From Amoebophrya sp. A120 (Eukaryota; Protista; Dinoflagellata), in the NCBI GenBank assembly GCA_905178155.1, contig CAJINV010000026.1, positions 328,289-392,288 on the forward strand: DNA of 64,000 bases. Direction: 5' to 3'. Positions 34,401 through 44,669 of the stretch are shown one piece after another. The notes beneath the pieces were generated by a model that was not told the DNA's origin, did not search any database, and saw nothing but the letters and a program-made list of their open reading frames with translations. The translations under genes were made by a program, and so were the position numbers. Each line of letters starts with the position of its first letter. Position 1 is the stretch's first letter.

Positions 34401-37296
34401 ATGACAACAGGCTTTCTCTGTCAAGCAGTACAAATCTTTCATGCTGTCACTCCACGACACCTATAGTAACGCAGCTTTTCACTTGGATACCGGACGTCCA
34501 CAAAATAGTTTTCCAGCGAGTACTCAAAGTCGTCCATAATTTCCGCCACCTGCCCCGCGTCCTGCTTGCACTTTTCCGCAACCACCGCTGCGGGCGAAGC
34601 CGGGTGCAGTTTGGTCAGCGTCCACTTCCCGCTCAGCCGTTTCGCGTTCTCGAGGACCAGGCTGTTGATGCGGTTCAGCTGGTCCACCATGTTGCTGATC
34701 ACCGACTGCCCCGGCGCAGTGCCGATCGGCAGGCCGGGTCCCGGCCGTTTGAATGGCTGGTCGAAGTAAGTCGGCTGTGCGAACTCGCGTTGGTGATACG
34801 GTCCTCGGGGCTTGATGGCGGTGCTGCTGCTGCTACTGCTGCTTGTCTTTGGCAGAGGAACAACGGCAGGTGCTGCGCCAGTTGTACCAGTGGTCCCCAC
34901 ACCTTCCTTCACTGCTGCTGCTGCCGCCGCGCGGGATTTCTCCCCCGCAGCTATCATCGCCCGCAGATCCGGGGAACCGAGGTCCTCCGTCAGCACCGTC
35001 ATCTTTTTTCTTTTTCCGTGAATCACGGGCGTTGCGTCCCCGTCTTCATTTTCCTCCGGCCAGTGCTCGGTTGGTGGCGTGAGGAAAAGTAGTCTTGTCA
35101 CGAGGGACCGCAGCTTGCCCTCGTCATCCAGATCCGCGAAATACTGAATGTCATCATCCACGTGCGTTTCCATGGGTCAGCCGCGCTCCTCGGGGCTCGG
35201 ACCTTCTGGCATGGTCATCTCGTGGTACACGGCCCGCGGCCACTCCTGAATGTCACCGCTCAAGCATTTGTCGCAGAAGTCGTCGTCGTACGCACAGCTT
35301 TGCATCTCCTCAAACATCTCGTTCTCGGCGACCAGGCCCATTTCTTTCACTGGGTCAGCATTTGCATCATCTACCATGTGCATGAGTGCCTCGCCTTTGT
35401 GGTCACCAGACTTCGCACCATCATTGTTCGTCGTAGTGCCACTACGGCAACCACTGCCACCTCCACCCAGTAACGCCCGGATTTGCTTGACCGCGGAACA
35501 TATGAACTGCAGAAGTATCGTACTCGTAGTAATTGCTTTCATGCATGACAAGTTCATTTCCTAGGGTAAAACAGAACTAGAAATTTCATTTGTAATGCTG
35601 AGCTAGTTTGTAATGCAATTTCTACTAGTACGACGCTTTTGCATTTCATAGAACAGTAGTCGTACAGCTTCCTATCTGCCACTTCGTTGTTCACCATGGC
35701 CAGCCGTTGCATCTCCCGCATGAGAAGCTCCCGTTGCTCCACCCGTCGGCACCGGCCGTTCAAGAGCAGTTATCAAAAGGAAAAATCCCCCTCCCCATAT
35801 CGACATGGAAATCTGTGATGCGGGATTCGTGTACACAAATCGGCTCTGTCTTGCAGTAGACAAGTGCAGGCAGATGATACCAAGCCAGAGCAGGGGCGTT
35901 TTGGTGTAGGCGCCTAGCAAGGCAGGCATATCCTCCGTAGGCCATATAGCATTACAAATTGCCTGCAGGACGCGCCAAGGTCTGCGGATTTGCCTTCTTG
36001 CAATACAGCGACGATTTGTGGTCTCAAATCAGCATCACAAATTTTCAGAAGTATCCCGGTCTGGTATGGGGAGGGGGGATTTTTCCTCACAATAGCAGTA
36101 GCATCAGCTTCACGCAGATCTCGTGTCGGTCAAAGATGGCCGCGCCGCATCTGGAAGGGAGGAATGTATGAATGTCGTTGTCGAGAAATGGATTTAGAAG
36201 TTGTAGCTATACCGATAGTAGTACGCTTGCAGTCTCGCATGACAAAGCGCGCTCGCCATGAACAAAGTTGTGCATCATGACAAAGCGAATGCGAAATTGA
36301 TATAAACAAAATTATATAGCAGTACTTGGGTTCCCGGGGGATGCACTTGAACATGTTGGGAAAGATGTCGTCTCTCAACTCCTTATATCAAATGCAAAAA
36401 TGTCTGGGTCCGGAAGATTGCCAGGTTTGTCATGCATATTTTGTATAACCCATGATGCCTGTAATGCATGGCCTAGCGTCATAGATTTTTAAAGGGCCTT
36501 CTGATGCGTATTCCGCATGAGAAACGCCCACTCCGCGTAGCACAAACTGCACTCCTCTTGCTGGTCATGCAATACAGATTTTTTTTTACCTTCCAAAGAC
36601 AGCATCACAAGTTGCACCCTTCCAGACCCAGACACTTTTGCAGTTGATACCTTAAACAGCTGGCGGATCGTTTTCCGCAGGGGGCAAAAAAGTTGGAAGT
36701 CCTGCGTGAACTTATCCCACGAAAAAACTGTAGTTTCGCTGTGGTGATTTTGCACAATCTGCATCACAAGTTTGCTACGCATGACACTGAAAATCTGCCA
36801 TGCGGGGTTCCTAAGGGAAAACACAGCGAGAAATCCAGTGTCTTGCATGTGTAGCATGACACACACTTCTGCGATCCATTCTCTGCATCACAAAGATCAC
36901 AGTGGAACAGTTTTTTCTTGCGATAGAACTCGGCCCCGATGTACTCCCCGGTTGCGAGCAGTTGCAAGTTGGTGTGCGTGTGCAAGTTATCACAAGAAAA
37001 AGTGCTAACGGTTTTCACAGATTACAGTCACGCATCACAAACGTAGCCCATTATGCATGCTGTGCATGACAAATTCTGGTTCGTTTTGTGATGCGTTGTT
37101 GCATCACGAATTCCGTTAATGCTTTTTTTCTGTGATACATGTTATCGAGGTTTTCGTCCTTCAAAGCGATGCTGGGGAGTTGTGGCGGCTCGCAGTACGG
37201 GGAGTCGCGTTTCCCGCATTGCCGGTAGTACGCCGGAAGAATGTAGTGACCGGTAGTTGTTGGTGTACTACCGGTCGAGAGGGGTGCGCCGAGCAT
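25459..37296 (-). CDS. Large multi-exon locus: Med7-like + Med21-like + Med31/SOH1-like segments with a low-complexity, charged C-terminus (one in-frame TGA at 35177-35179)
   Basis: Removing 15 introners and one GT-AG intron yields one frame from MLGAPLSTG... to ...SAASGRKR*. It includes RFTWESQFLQSLLNPRYLQHVVKKHVDDPDFRWFLRYLLYFRNPTYKIFLDYPVAVELLEILL (Med31 pattern). Confidence 0.8.
25533..25688. mobile_element. Introner, family D
   Basis: TATCCTGTGCAAAAGTATCG ... CGATGCTTTTGCAGTTCATA; flanks CCTGG/CCTGG. Confidence 0.9.
25753..25971. mobile_element. Introner, family C
   Basis: AGAAAAAGGTGTTTACAGATACACAT ... ATGTGAAACTGTAAAACACTTTTTTCCTGTGATA; flanks CTCTC/CTTTC. Confidence 0.85.
26836..27101. 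mobile_element. Introner, family A
   Basis: TATCCAATGCAAAAATGTGTGGGTCTGGAAG ... CTTCCAGACCCAGACATTTTTGCATCTGATA; flanks CTGGC/CTGGT. Confidence 0.9.
27548..27797. mobile_element. Introner, family A-related
   Basis: TATGCAGTGCAAATAT ... ATATTTGCAATGCATA; flanks ACCGT/ACCGT. Confidence 0.9.
27865..28079. mobile_element. Introner, family C
   Basis: TATGCAAGAAAAAAACTGT..TGTGTAAGTGTAA ... TTACACTTACACAGTTTTTTTCCTGGATA; flanks TGAAC/TGAAC. Confidence 0.9.
28119..28273. mobile_element. Introner, family D
   Basis: TGCAAAAGTGCATCG ... CGATACTTTTGCACAGGATA; flanks CAACT/CAAGT. Confidence 0.85.
28362..32511. mobile_element. Introner, family A, expanded to 4.15 kb by a nested retrotransposon
   Basis: TATGCATTGCAAAAATGTCTGGGTCTGG ... 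CCAGACTCAGACATTTTTGCATTTGATA; flanks AGATC/AGATC; removal joins ...DSLSTSSI to SGSYNTFFSVLEMQ... Confidence 0.9.
28476..32356 (-). mobile_element. 5'-truncated, frameshifted CRE-like non-LTR retrotransposon (RT plus restriction-like endonuclease)
   Basis: 7-bp TSD CCAAGTT (28469-28475, 32357-32363) and an (ACT)n 3' tail. Decayed motifs in order: RLSAFIEGSRKLARRL, ATNEGVDAA, GSAPGCSEGAKV, WAYLDS (YLDD-like), frameshifted GG(L)GVR, RRHDL...VLDVAV...KKVRGRY, ALLRGAA (RGNA-like). Confidence 0.75.
32590..33640 (-). CDS. MED31: Mediator subunit 31 (SOH1)-like domain, split by three introners
   Basis: Matches Med31 consensus RF..E.EF.Q.L.NP.YL....(YF.)D..F..YL.YL.YW..P.Y..F..YP..L..L.LL. Confidence 0.8.
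32615..32956. mobile_element. Introner, family E
   Basis: TATCAAAATTAAAAATCGCCCC ... GGGGGGATTTTTCCTCGCAATA; flanks AGTTC/AGTTC. Confidence 0.9.
32996..33209. mobile_element. Introner, family C
   Basis: TATCGCAAGAAAAAAGTGTTACAGTTACAC ... GTGTAACTGTAAACACTTTTTTCGTGGGATA; flanks TGTAA/TGTAA. Confidence 0.9.
33306..33579. mobile_element. Introner, family A
   Basis: TATGCATTGCAAATATGTGTGGGTCTGGAAG ... CTTCCAGACCCAGACCACATATTTGCATTCGATA; flanks CCGGG/CCGGG. Confidence 0.9.
33998..34207. mobile_element. Introner, family A-related
   Basis: TATCAAATGCAAACATGTCTGGGGCTGGAT ... ATCCAGACTAAGACATATTTGCAATGCATA; flanks GCAGA/GCAGA. Confidence 0.9.
34250..34489. mobile_element. Introner (short TIR)
   Basis: TATCCAAGGAAGAAAG ... 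CTTTTCACTTGGATA; flanks CCGGA/CCGGA; removal joins FVDVR to LEDNRYF. Confidence 0.85.
35501..35650. mobile_element. Introner, family D
   Basis: TATGAACTGCAGAAGTATCGTACTCGTAG ... CTACTAGTACGACGCTTTTGCATTTCATA; flanks GAACA/GAACA. Confidence 0.9.
35771..36094. mobile_element. Introner, family E
   Basis: TATCAAAAGGAAAAATCCCCCTCCCCATA ... TATGGGGAGGGGGGATTTTTCCTCACAATA; flanks GCAGT/GCAGT. Confidence 0.9.
36151..36325 (-). other. Probable canonical GT-AG intron
   Basis: Minus strand GTACTG...CCTCCCTTCCAG; removal gives ...CIPREPKCGAAIFDRHEICVKL... in frame. Confidence 0.65.
36386..36649. mobile_element. Introner, family A
   Basis: TATCAAATGCAAAAATGTCTGGGTCCGGAAG ... CTTCCAGACCCAGACACTTTTGCAGTTGATA; flanks CCTTA/CCTTA. 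Confidence 0.9.
36713..36925. mobile_element. Introner, family C
   Basis: TATCCCACGAAAAAACTG ... CAGTTTTTTCTTGCGATA; flanks GAACT/GAACT. Confidence 0.9.
36988..37137. mobile_element. Introner, family C-like
   Basis: TATCACAAGAAAAAGTGCTAACGG ... CCGTTAATGCTTTTTTTCTGTGATA; flanks CAAGT/CATGT. Confidence 0.85.
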
Positions 37297-38522
37297 GGTG
37301 ATCACGGGGTTTTGGTCTCGTCTCACACTTCTTCCTCGTCGGAAGGATTTGAAATTTCTCGGAACTACGGTAAACAGAAGTTACAAAAGTCCCTTTAGAG
37401 GCTAGAGCTACACCATGTGTTGACGAGGTTGTAACGGATGCTACGTAAAGTCTTACTTATCACAAAAACACAGTAATGGGTCAAGTAAAACTAAGAGGTC
37501 GCTGAACAAATTTTGATGAAACATACTTAGCACGACAAGTTTCGATACTTTGTTGCTGCAGATCGACGAATGAACTTTATCAGCAGTATCTCGGGCCACC
37601 ACGACCAGCCAGTAGCAATAATTTGATATTTATGCAGAGGTAAAATCAAAAAAGCCTATGTCGATCTTTGTTTTCGTGTTTTATCAACTTCAAAAACGAG
37701 CGCCAAGGAATTGGAATTGCAGGAAGCAGCACCGCTTCTTGTACTGCGACCCCGTTCTCTGCTACTTACTCGCTCATATTGATTTTTCTTGACCAAGCTT
37801 CTAAAATTTGCGGGGCTCGAGAACCAACTGTACTGTTTTTTTACACACGATAAATGAAAACCCATTGTTGCACGTGCGAGAAACGAAAATCCAAAATCTT
37901 GGACAACAGAAACTGGCACGAAGAAGAATGCATGCATGACACGGCAATAACACTTCTGAAATATTGACTGAAAAAGTGAGGTTGTGGCCCTTCTTCACAA
38001 ACGACATCGTGCCGGAACCGGCACGACATGTGGTCTGCTGTGGCGAAAGACCTTATACTCGCGCATCCGATACGAAATGCTTTCCACATTTCTAGTTCAA
38101 TTCTTTCAGCAAATTTCAATGCCGAACTAATCTTACAAATTTTGAATCGTACATTTATTTTGAATCTGAATCATCTTCCACAAATCAAATCTCTACTCAT
38201 CGGAATTTCGCCTGGTCCTGGTATCTAAACACACTATATTTTGCCTATATCACCCGAGCAGTTAGACTTAGAACTTGTGTCGCTATATAAATATTCAAAT
38301 ACTTTTGATATTCATCTTTCAAAAAAGTTGCGTCCTAAAGGTTAGAAACCTGAAGAAACTGTTGGCGACGCCCCAGGATATCTGGTCGTTAGACACTCCA
38401 TCCTAAGAGAATTAGACCACCTCCGGCAAATGCAGGACGAAAGTACCCCAACGTAAAGCCTCTTGCTTCGCCCAAGCACGTTGCCAGGGTGCACACGGCT
38501 CGTACTACGCTGTCGGGGCTTA

Positions 38523-41164
38523 CTAAGTCTCATAATCGATCTTCGTGGGAACAGAAACTGAATAGCGTTCCGGATTATCGGCCAGGATGCTTGGAAGTGG
38601 CCTCGGCTTCCGTCCCGGGAGGTATTTGCCAAACATTCCAGTATTCTTCAGTCGTTTCGCGTGAAGGCTTCTCCAATCCCACTGGAACTGATCGTACGAC
38701 CAGCGAGAGTTCTTCCCGTTGGAGCCGGCTCGCCACTTTTGAGCGAATTTTCGAAACATTTTTCGGAAAAATGGGTGCCATGTGTCATCTAGAGGATCCG
38801 TCCGCACAAACGCGTTTCTGTAGGACATCGGCTCCGGCTTCAGCTCGGGGCTGAGACAGTATCCTGGAAAAAATAACGTGAAGTATAAATAAACTTTGTC
38901 CAAGAATTGGAAACAATACAGTCATTCTATAATTCAGCATACTGGAAGAATTGGAGCTCTGCGTCTGGCGAAATGAAGTGAAGCTGATAAAGCACGAGCG
39001 CAACTGCATTCATTTCAGAACATGAGCACAATGAATTTCCACTGAACAAGCCATCGCATTTCGAGTGCGAAAAAGCAGTACCAAGCTTGACTGGGAACCG
39101 CGGCTGGTCGTAAATCGCATGGTAGTTTTGGAAAAGTAGCTCGGTTGCCGTAGCCAAGCGGCACCTGGCATCGAGAATCCGCCGGCCCCGCCGGTTACGA
39201 GCCATGTCCACAGGGGCCGCAAAATCCGCTGGTGCCAGGGAGAATGCATGCGCCTTTGGCGGATTCCACGTCAAAACCCACTTGCGTTTTTCATCTTTTT
39301 CCCCTCGTTTCGTGGCGCCATCCTTTTCCTTCCGTCTCTTGCTCGGGGTTCGGGCATTCAAACGTGCGGGCGATACTTCTTCGTGAAAAAAGTCGAGGAC
39401 TTCGCGAAAAAACGCCCTGTCGCTTTTATGGCAACCCTTTCTGAGTTTATCGGAATCGTAGTCAGAGCGAATGGAGATGGCAAGATCGCCCACGGATTCA
39501 TACACGCGCGCGGGACTGCACATTCCCCTAGCCATTGTCATCAAAAATCGTACCTGAGGTAGGTTCAGAAAGCAATTTCCTTTGACTTTGACTACGGAAA
39601 AATGAAGTCATAGATTCTGAAGACGGCCTTCGCGATCCCCTATAATGGAATACCGTCATACATCACTTCAGCTTCAGCGCAAGCTGGCGCTTCTACAGGA
39701 TCCACCAATGCGGCGCAAGCGTACAGACGAAAGCGATAACATTATACCACAAAATAATCGTGCTCGTGATCTTCAGGTTGTTCAGGATGCAAGCAAAATT
39801 TTGTTGACTACGCTGCGGCAGCTGCGGAAATTCGTTCCAATGCCTTCATATATTTACATAGAGTGGCTGGGGCTACTACAAATAAATCTCAACGTGGCTT
39901 CTGCTTTTCCTTCTCGTCAAAGACGAGTAGTAGAAGCAAACTAGCTGTTAAACCAAAATGTAGCCACGCCAGTATCTCTTGTCTTTCCAAACAAATAAAC
40001 AGCATCTTTCAATACGCTCCAGTCTGTTTCCGCCGGCTCCACTCGTTTTCCGCCCTCTTCTTGCGGTCTCTCGACTTCCGCTTGAAATTTCTCCAAGTAG
40101 TCTGCCCCCATGTCTACCATCGTGTTCCAGTAGTCCCGCGGCTTCTTCGTCCCAACTCGCTCGCGTAGAATCTCCAGCCACAGGTCCTCGCAGCTTTCCG
40201 TGCGGTTTTCCAGCTTGCTGTCGTGTCTGTATTGCTCCCACGAAGCAGCTTTCACGCTGTTGTTCTCGCTTGCATTAGATATGGACGGCGCAGCACCGCG
40301 CTCTTCTTGCTCAACATCGTCCGTGTGCTTTTTACTCGTCTGCAGCACAGCAACCGCTTCTTTCGGGGAGAGAAAGCTCAAAATACCGTCTTTTTCGTTT
40401 AAGAGCGAAGTTCTCGTAGAATTTCCTGACAGCAGAAGGCCCCGCTCCCGGAGGGTCGGGTAACCGAGCAAACCTGTGTTGCTCAGATGGTTCGAAGCCT
40501 TGTGCCGTTTCTGAGCTATCGTTCGAGAGGCCGCATCATCACCAGATGATGAGTCCCTTGCACCCTCATCCCCGCCCACGGGTTTTTCTGTTCTTGGCAT
40601 CACTGCATCTGATACGCCTTCTACAGGTGATGTAGATTCGCTGCTCGTCGAAAAATCATGGCTTTTTGATGACGATGAGAGAATTTCGGAGGTGTCTGGC
40701 CCGGGTATCACAGTAACGAAACTATTTTCAGCAGCGCGGCCCTGCTTCGGCCCACCAGTGCTGCAGGAGCCAGGGCTGCTCGTAGTCTCAGCTTGGCTGT
40801 GTCCGCTTTCTGGGCTGTGTCCTGCATTGCTTTGCTCCGGACCCACTGTTTTTTTTCGCAGTTCAGTTCGCCGTTCCTCCCCGCCGCGTTCCGCAGCGGG
40901 TCCCGCAACTGCACCTGCAGCCGTGTCCTGCTTCGGCCTCCTCCGCCGCGAGCAGGTCTTTCGTAGTATGGTGTCTCGCACGGTGACAAAAAAATGCCTG
41001 CCCGCAGAATGTGGCTTTGCCGTAGCACCATCAGATGAATGTGGAAGGACTGCGCCTGTCCCGGCCAGTTGTTCAGAAGCCACGGCTGCCGCTCTCGCTG
41101 CCGTAATTTCCAACGCAAGTAGACAATTGGAAAACAGCAATACAAGTGGTGGACGAAAACGCAT
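38523..41164 (-). CDS. Secreted-type protein of the local 'SCEDL' family, copy 1 (multi-exon; 3' end approximate)
   Basis: Signal-like MRFRPPLVLLFSNCLLALEITAARA; Ser-rich linker; RTESCEDLWLEILRERVG..KPRDYWN; GCHKSDRAFFREVLDFFHE; RCRLATATELLFQ; GYCL; RWSYDQFQWDWR. Confidence 0.8.
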
Positions 41165-44100
41165 TTTGATCGGTCACGGTGCGAGTACTACTTAAAAATA
41201 CCCCTTTAGATGATAGAGCTACACCATATGTTGACTAAAACAAGTAGAGAGAAGTTGTAACTGTAGGCACTTGTAAAGTACTACTCATCCGTGGTCTTAC
41301 ATATGGCTACGTTACATTAATGAATGTAACTACTTGATGGGCTCCGCTGCAGAACAATGAAAGAGGGCGTTTGAGATACAACCAGGATAAACACATGTTC
41401 GACTCCAAATCACTTATCCATCAAGTTTTGCAATAGAGATCCAAGACTGCCGGGTGGATATCGCTATGTATTAGGAGGAGGAGGAGGAAACCTCTATAGT
41501 CAGCTTCTAACTACTAAGCTACTTCTGTCTTGAGCTTAACTATAGGACATAGTTCTGGAGACGACTAGCCGAGCTGGGGATAGGTTTTTATATCGTGGAC
41601 AAATAGCCCTGCCAGGTGTACAAAGCCTAGGACTTCAGTGCCACGACCCATGAAGATCTCCTTTTCTCCGCTCAAGGCCCGTCCCCGAGTCTGTACTGCA
41701 AACGCCCCCATGGTGTCGCTGGCCGCTTGAATGTAGTGGCTCGCTGGATCCGCGGTAGTTGTATCTGCCTGCTGTACGTCTTCACTTGATGTCGTAATTT
41801 CCCGGTGGAGAGACGACGCAACATACTAGCTACTACACCGCGATGCGTGTCAAACCACAGCGAGAGAGCTCGGGGCGCAAAGTTTGGATTTGTGGCGCTG
41901 GAGCGACAACAGGGTCGAGACCGAAGCCCGTAACCAGAGTGCCCAACGCCACGCCTGCTCGACGAGAAGAAGTGAGCCACTACTGTCGAATGGTTGTGAG
42001 GGCGAAGCAACAGAGTTACCTGTCGGCTGAAGCCCGCAGTGGAGGACTCCCTATCCCTCCACCGTCGACATGAAGTACTCCAGAATGATGATATTATGAA
42101 AACGCCGCCCGATCCGACGCTGTGCAGAATGCTCCCCCGTCGTCGATCCTCGGTTACCCCTCCCCCGTCGTCGGCGGAGGTCCTTCTGTCGCGCGTGTAG
42201 GCGCGTCCACGTCCGACTTCGTTAAGAAGGGCGTTGTTCTCGAGCAAGCTGGCTGTGCTGATGCACAAAGAAAGATAGCCTGGGTGAAATCAAAGAAATA
42301 ACCAGGGAAACGACAAAAGATCGATAAGGACAAGCCCGCGGGTTCCTCTCCCTGACATGTCCTGCGCCCTCGTCCCTAAGAAAAACGCAGGCCCTTGTCG
42401 CGTCGCTCGATCACGGCACGAAGGTCACGACCACGGCGGGCGCGGAGGTGGAGTGTGTTATTTACTACTAGTCGCTATGTTGTAGGCCCGGTTACTAGTC
42501 TTCTGTTTTGGTTTTGGTAAAAGGAAAACGCGTAAAGTAAAGTAAATGCCTTCGACACGCGCCTGCGCTGTGATCGCGGGCGGCAGTTTCCGTACCCGTG
42601 CCTGCAGTGTGCCGGGGCCATCGGAGGGGATCAATGCACTATGCAATTTCTCAAGCCTGAGAAGTCTCTTTTTCAAAGTTCTACCTGTGCAATCTAAGTG
42701 AGTATTTGTATCTATCCGCCCTTCCACTGCCTAGCGCAGTTGGCACCTCCGCTCACACATGACATCATGCCGACTCCTGTTGCGGCGGGCAAGCATGCCT
42801 TTTCGGTGCCTGGTGCACGACTCCCCCCTTCCGGTCCCCATCCGCGCCGGCCCTCATGGCACACCGCGGCTAGTCTGCTGTTTGGGATCTATGCCTCTTC
42901 TCCACGATATCCCGCGGGGAGGGGCGTATCCCTGCGGGTCCGGAGTTGGCGGGCACGCCTCGCGTATCACCGAGCTTGTGTCTCCAGCCGCTAGCCTTAC
43001 TGTTGCTTTCTATTTACTACTCTATCCGGAGCCTTCTATCTAACTCCACGACGGGGCTATGCGTTGGCCCGTGCTGCGGCGGCGCTGTCAGTGAGGGGGA
43101 CGACGTCATTATTTTTGTTCTACTTTTGACCGACTTCGTATGTTCCTAAAGGGGCGAGGCTCACCGGGGTCATTAGGCTCGCTATGGCCAACCTGCAGCA
43201 TCCAGGGACCCTCACGAGGCCCTCGCCCCCACGGTTTTTGGTTGAATTTCAAGTAGTATCCGTTCTCAACAACGACGAAGAACAACGACGAAGAACAATT
43301 CTCGTGATCTCTCTTCTTAGTCATTCGTTACTACTTGCTTGCACAGGAACATGTATTAGTTTTACTTTGGAAGAGGGCTAGAAGTTGCATTTCCATCGTC
43401 GTGTTCGTCATTCTTCTTCACCTCAGGAAAATTTGGGTCTCTAAATGTGGGCTGCAGAAAGAAAAGTTGTTTGATGCTTCTGGTCTGATATGAGCGTCGT
43501 TTCTCATGTTGGATCGTAACTCGGAAAAGCAGCAAAGCAGGCAAACTTAATACATGCGGCAGAAGATCATAATTGCCACGATTCACGAGAGCAGCTTCCT
43601 TGGTTGTGCGACGTAATACAAGAACACCACGAAATGACTGCGGAAATAGAGTGTGAGAAACTACTGCTCTCCTCATTGCTGTCCCTTGGATCATACACTG
43701 CGCAAGGCTGGTTGTGATGTCACTACCTTGTCCATTTCACTTGGAAAGATGTTGACTATACACTCGACTCCAGCTTCTACTTCGCCTTTCCAAAAAGAAC
43801 TGGCCACCGTCGCGCCATTCAGATACTTAAGTATAATTCTTTGCGTAGGTCAAGAAATTCTGCTTCTTGAATACAACGAAAAGAAAGTCGAAAAATCCAG
43901 GAATTCCAATTCAAACTAAAGTTGGCGTCATAAGCGATAAACTTTCCTTCATGTTGAGTAAAATCATTTGTACAGTGGTTATCATGTTGGAGTTGGGCCG
44001 AATAATGAAGGAAGCACTACTTTCTGTTCCGGTTACCATATGCCTTTGGGCGTTTCTTCTACTACTGGTGAAAAACTTCTCGAGCTTCAAAACTCATACT

Positions 44101-44669
44101 ATACTTTTGCTGTGGTTGAAGAGGATGTTGGCGCCACGCCTCATTGTAGCAGTCGCCGTGCTTTTTCTGATGGTAAAATCCTGCTCTGTGGAAATCTGTT
44201 CGCTTCACGTTTCACGTGTAAAGAAGAAAAATGCTTCAGCGGGAAAAAAAAACGTAAACTTTCGTCAAACTTCAACGCCCACATCAAAACTTGTCATCAT
44301 TTCTTTGTCTCTTCTAAGTCATGCACGCAGCCTCTTATTTCTGTTTGTGAGTGGTGCACACACGCCCGTCTTCACTTCGTAGCAGGTCCAAAGCTAGAAT
44401 GTGAGGCTACGCAATGATCATCATACAGGTCAAATACATCGATCAGGACTAAGAGACCACTACTTTTTAGACGAGCGCCATTTATCAATTCCATTTACAC
44501 CATGGATACAGAGGCTCAGCCAAGCCTGTCTCGCCACGGTAAAGAAATTCAAGTCCAATGCCTCTTGCAATAATTGACACCAGCGCCCCGCCCGGCTGCC
44601 AGTCGTTGCAAAGGGCGCTATCACTCCTTCGTCCGAAACTAATTCGAAGTTTCGTTGTCGTAGCCACCC

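Noticed and set aside
37391-37430. Spliced-leader relic upstream of the gene
   Set aside because: No match on either strand to the dinoflagellate SL (DCCGTAGCCATTTTGGCTCAAG).
41600-44420. Possible LTR, retroelement or plus-strand gene
   Set aside because: No paired LTRs, TSD or recognisable domains; plus-strand frames at 43.6-44.4 kb are broken by stops.
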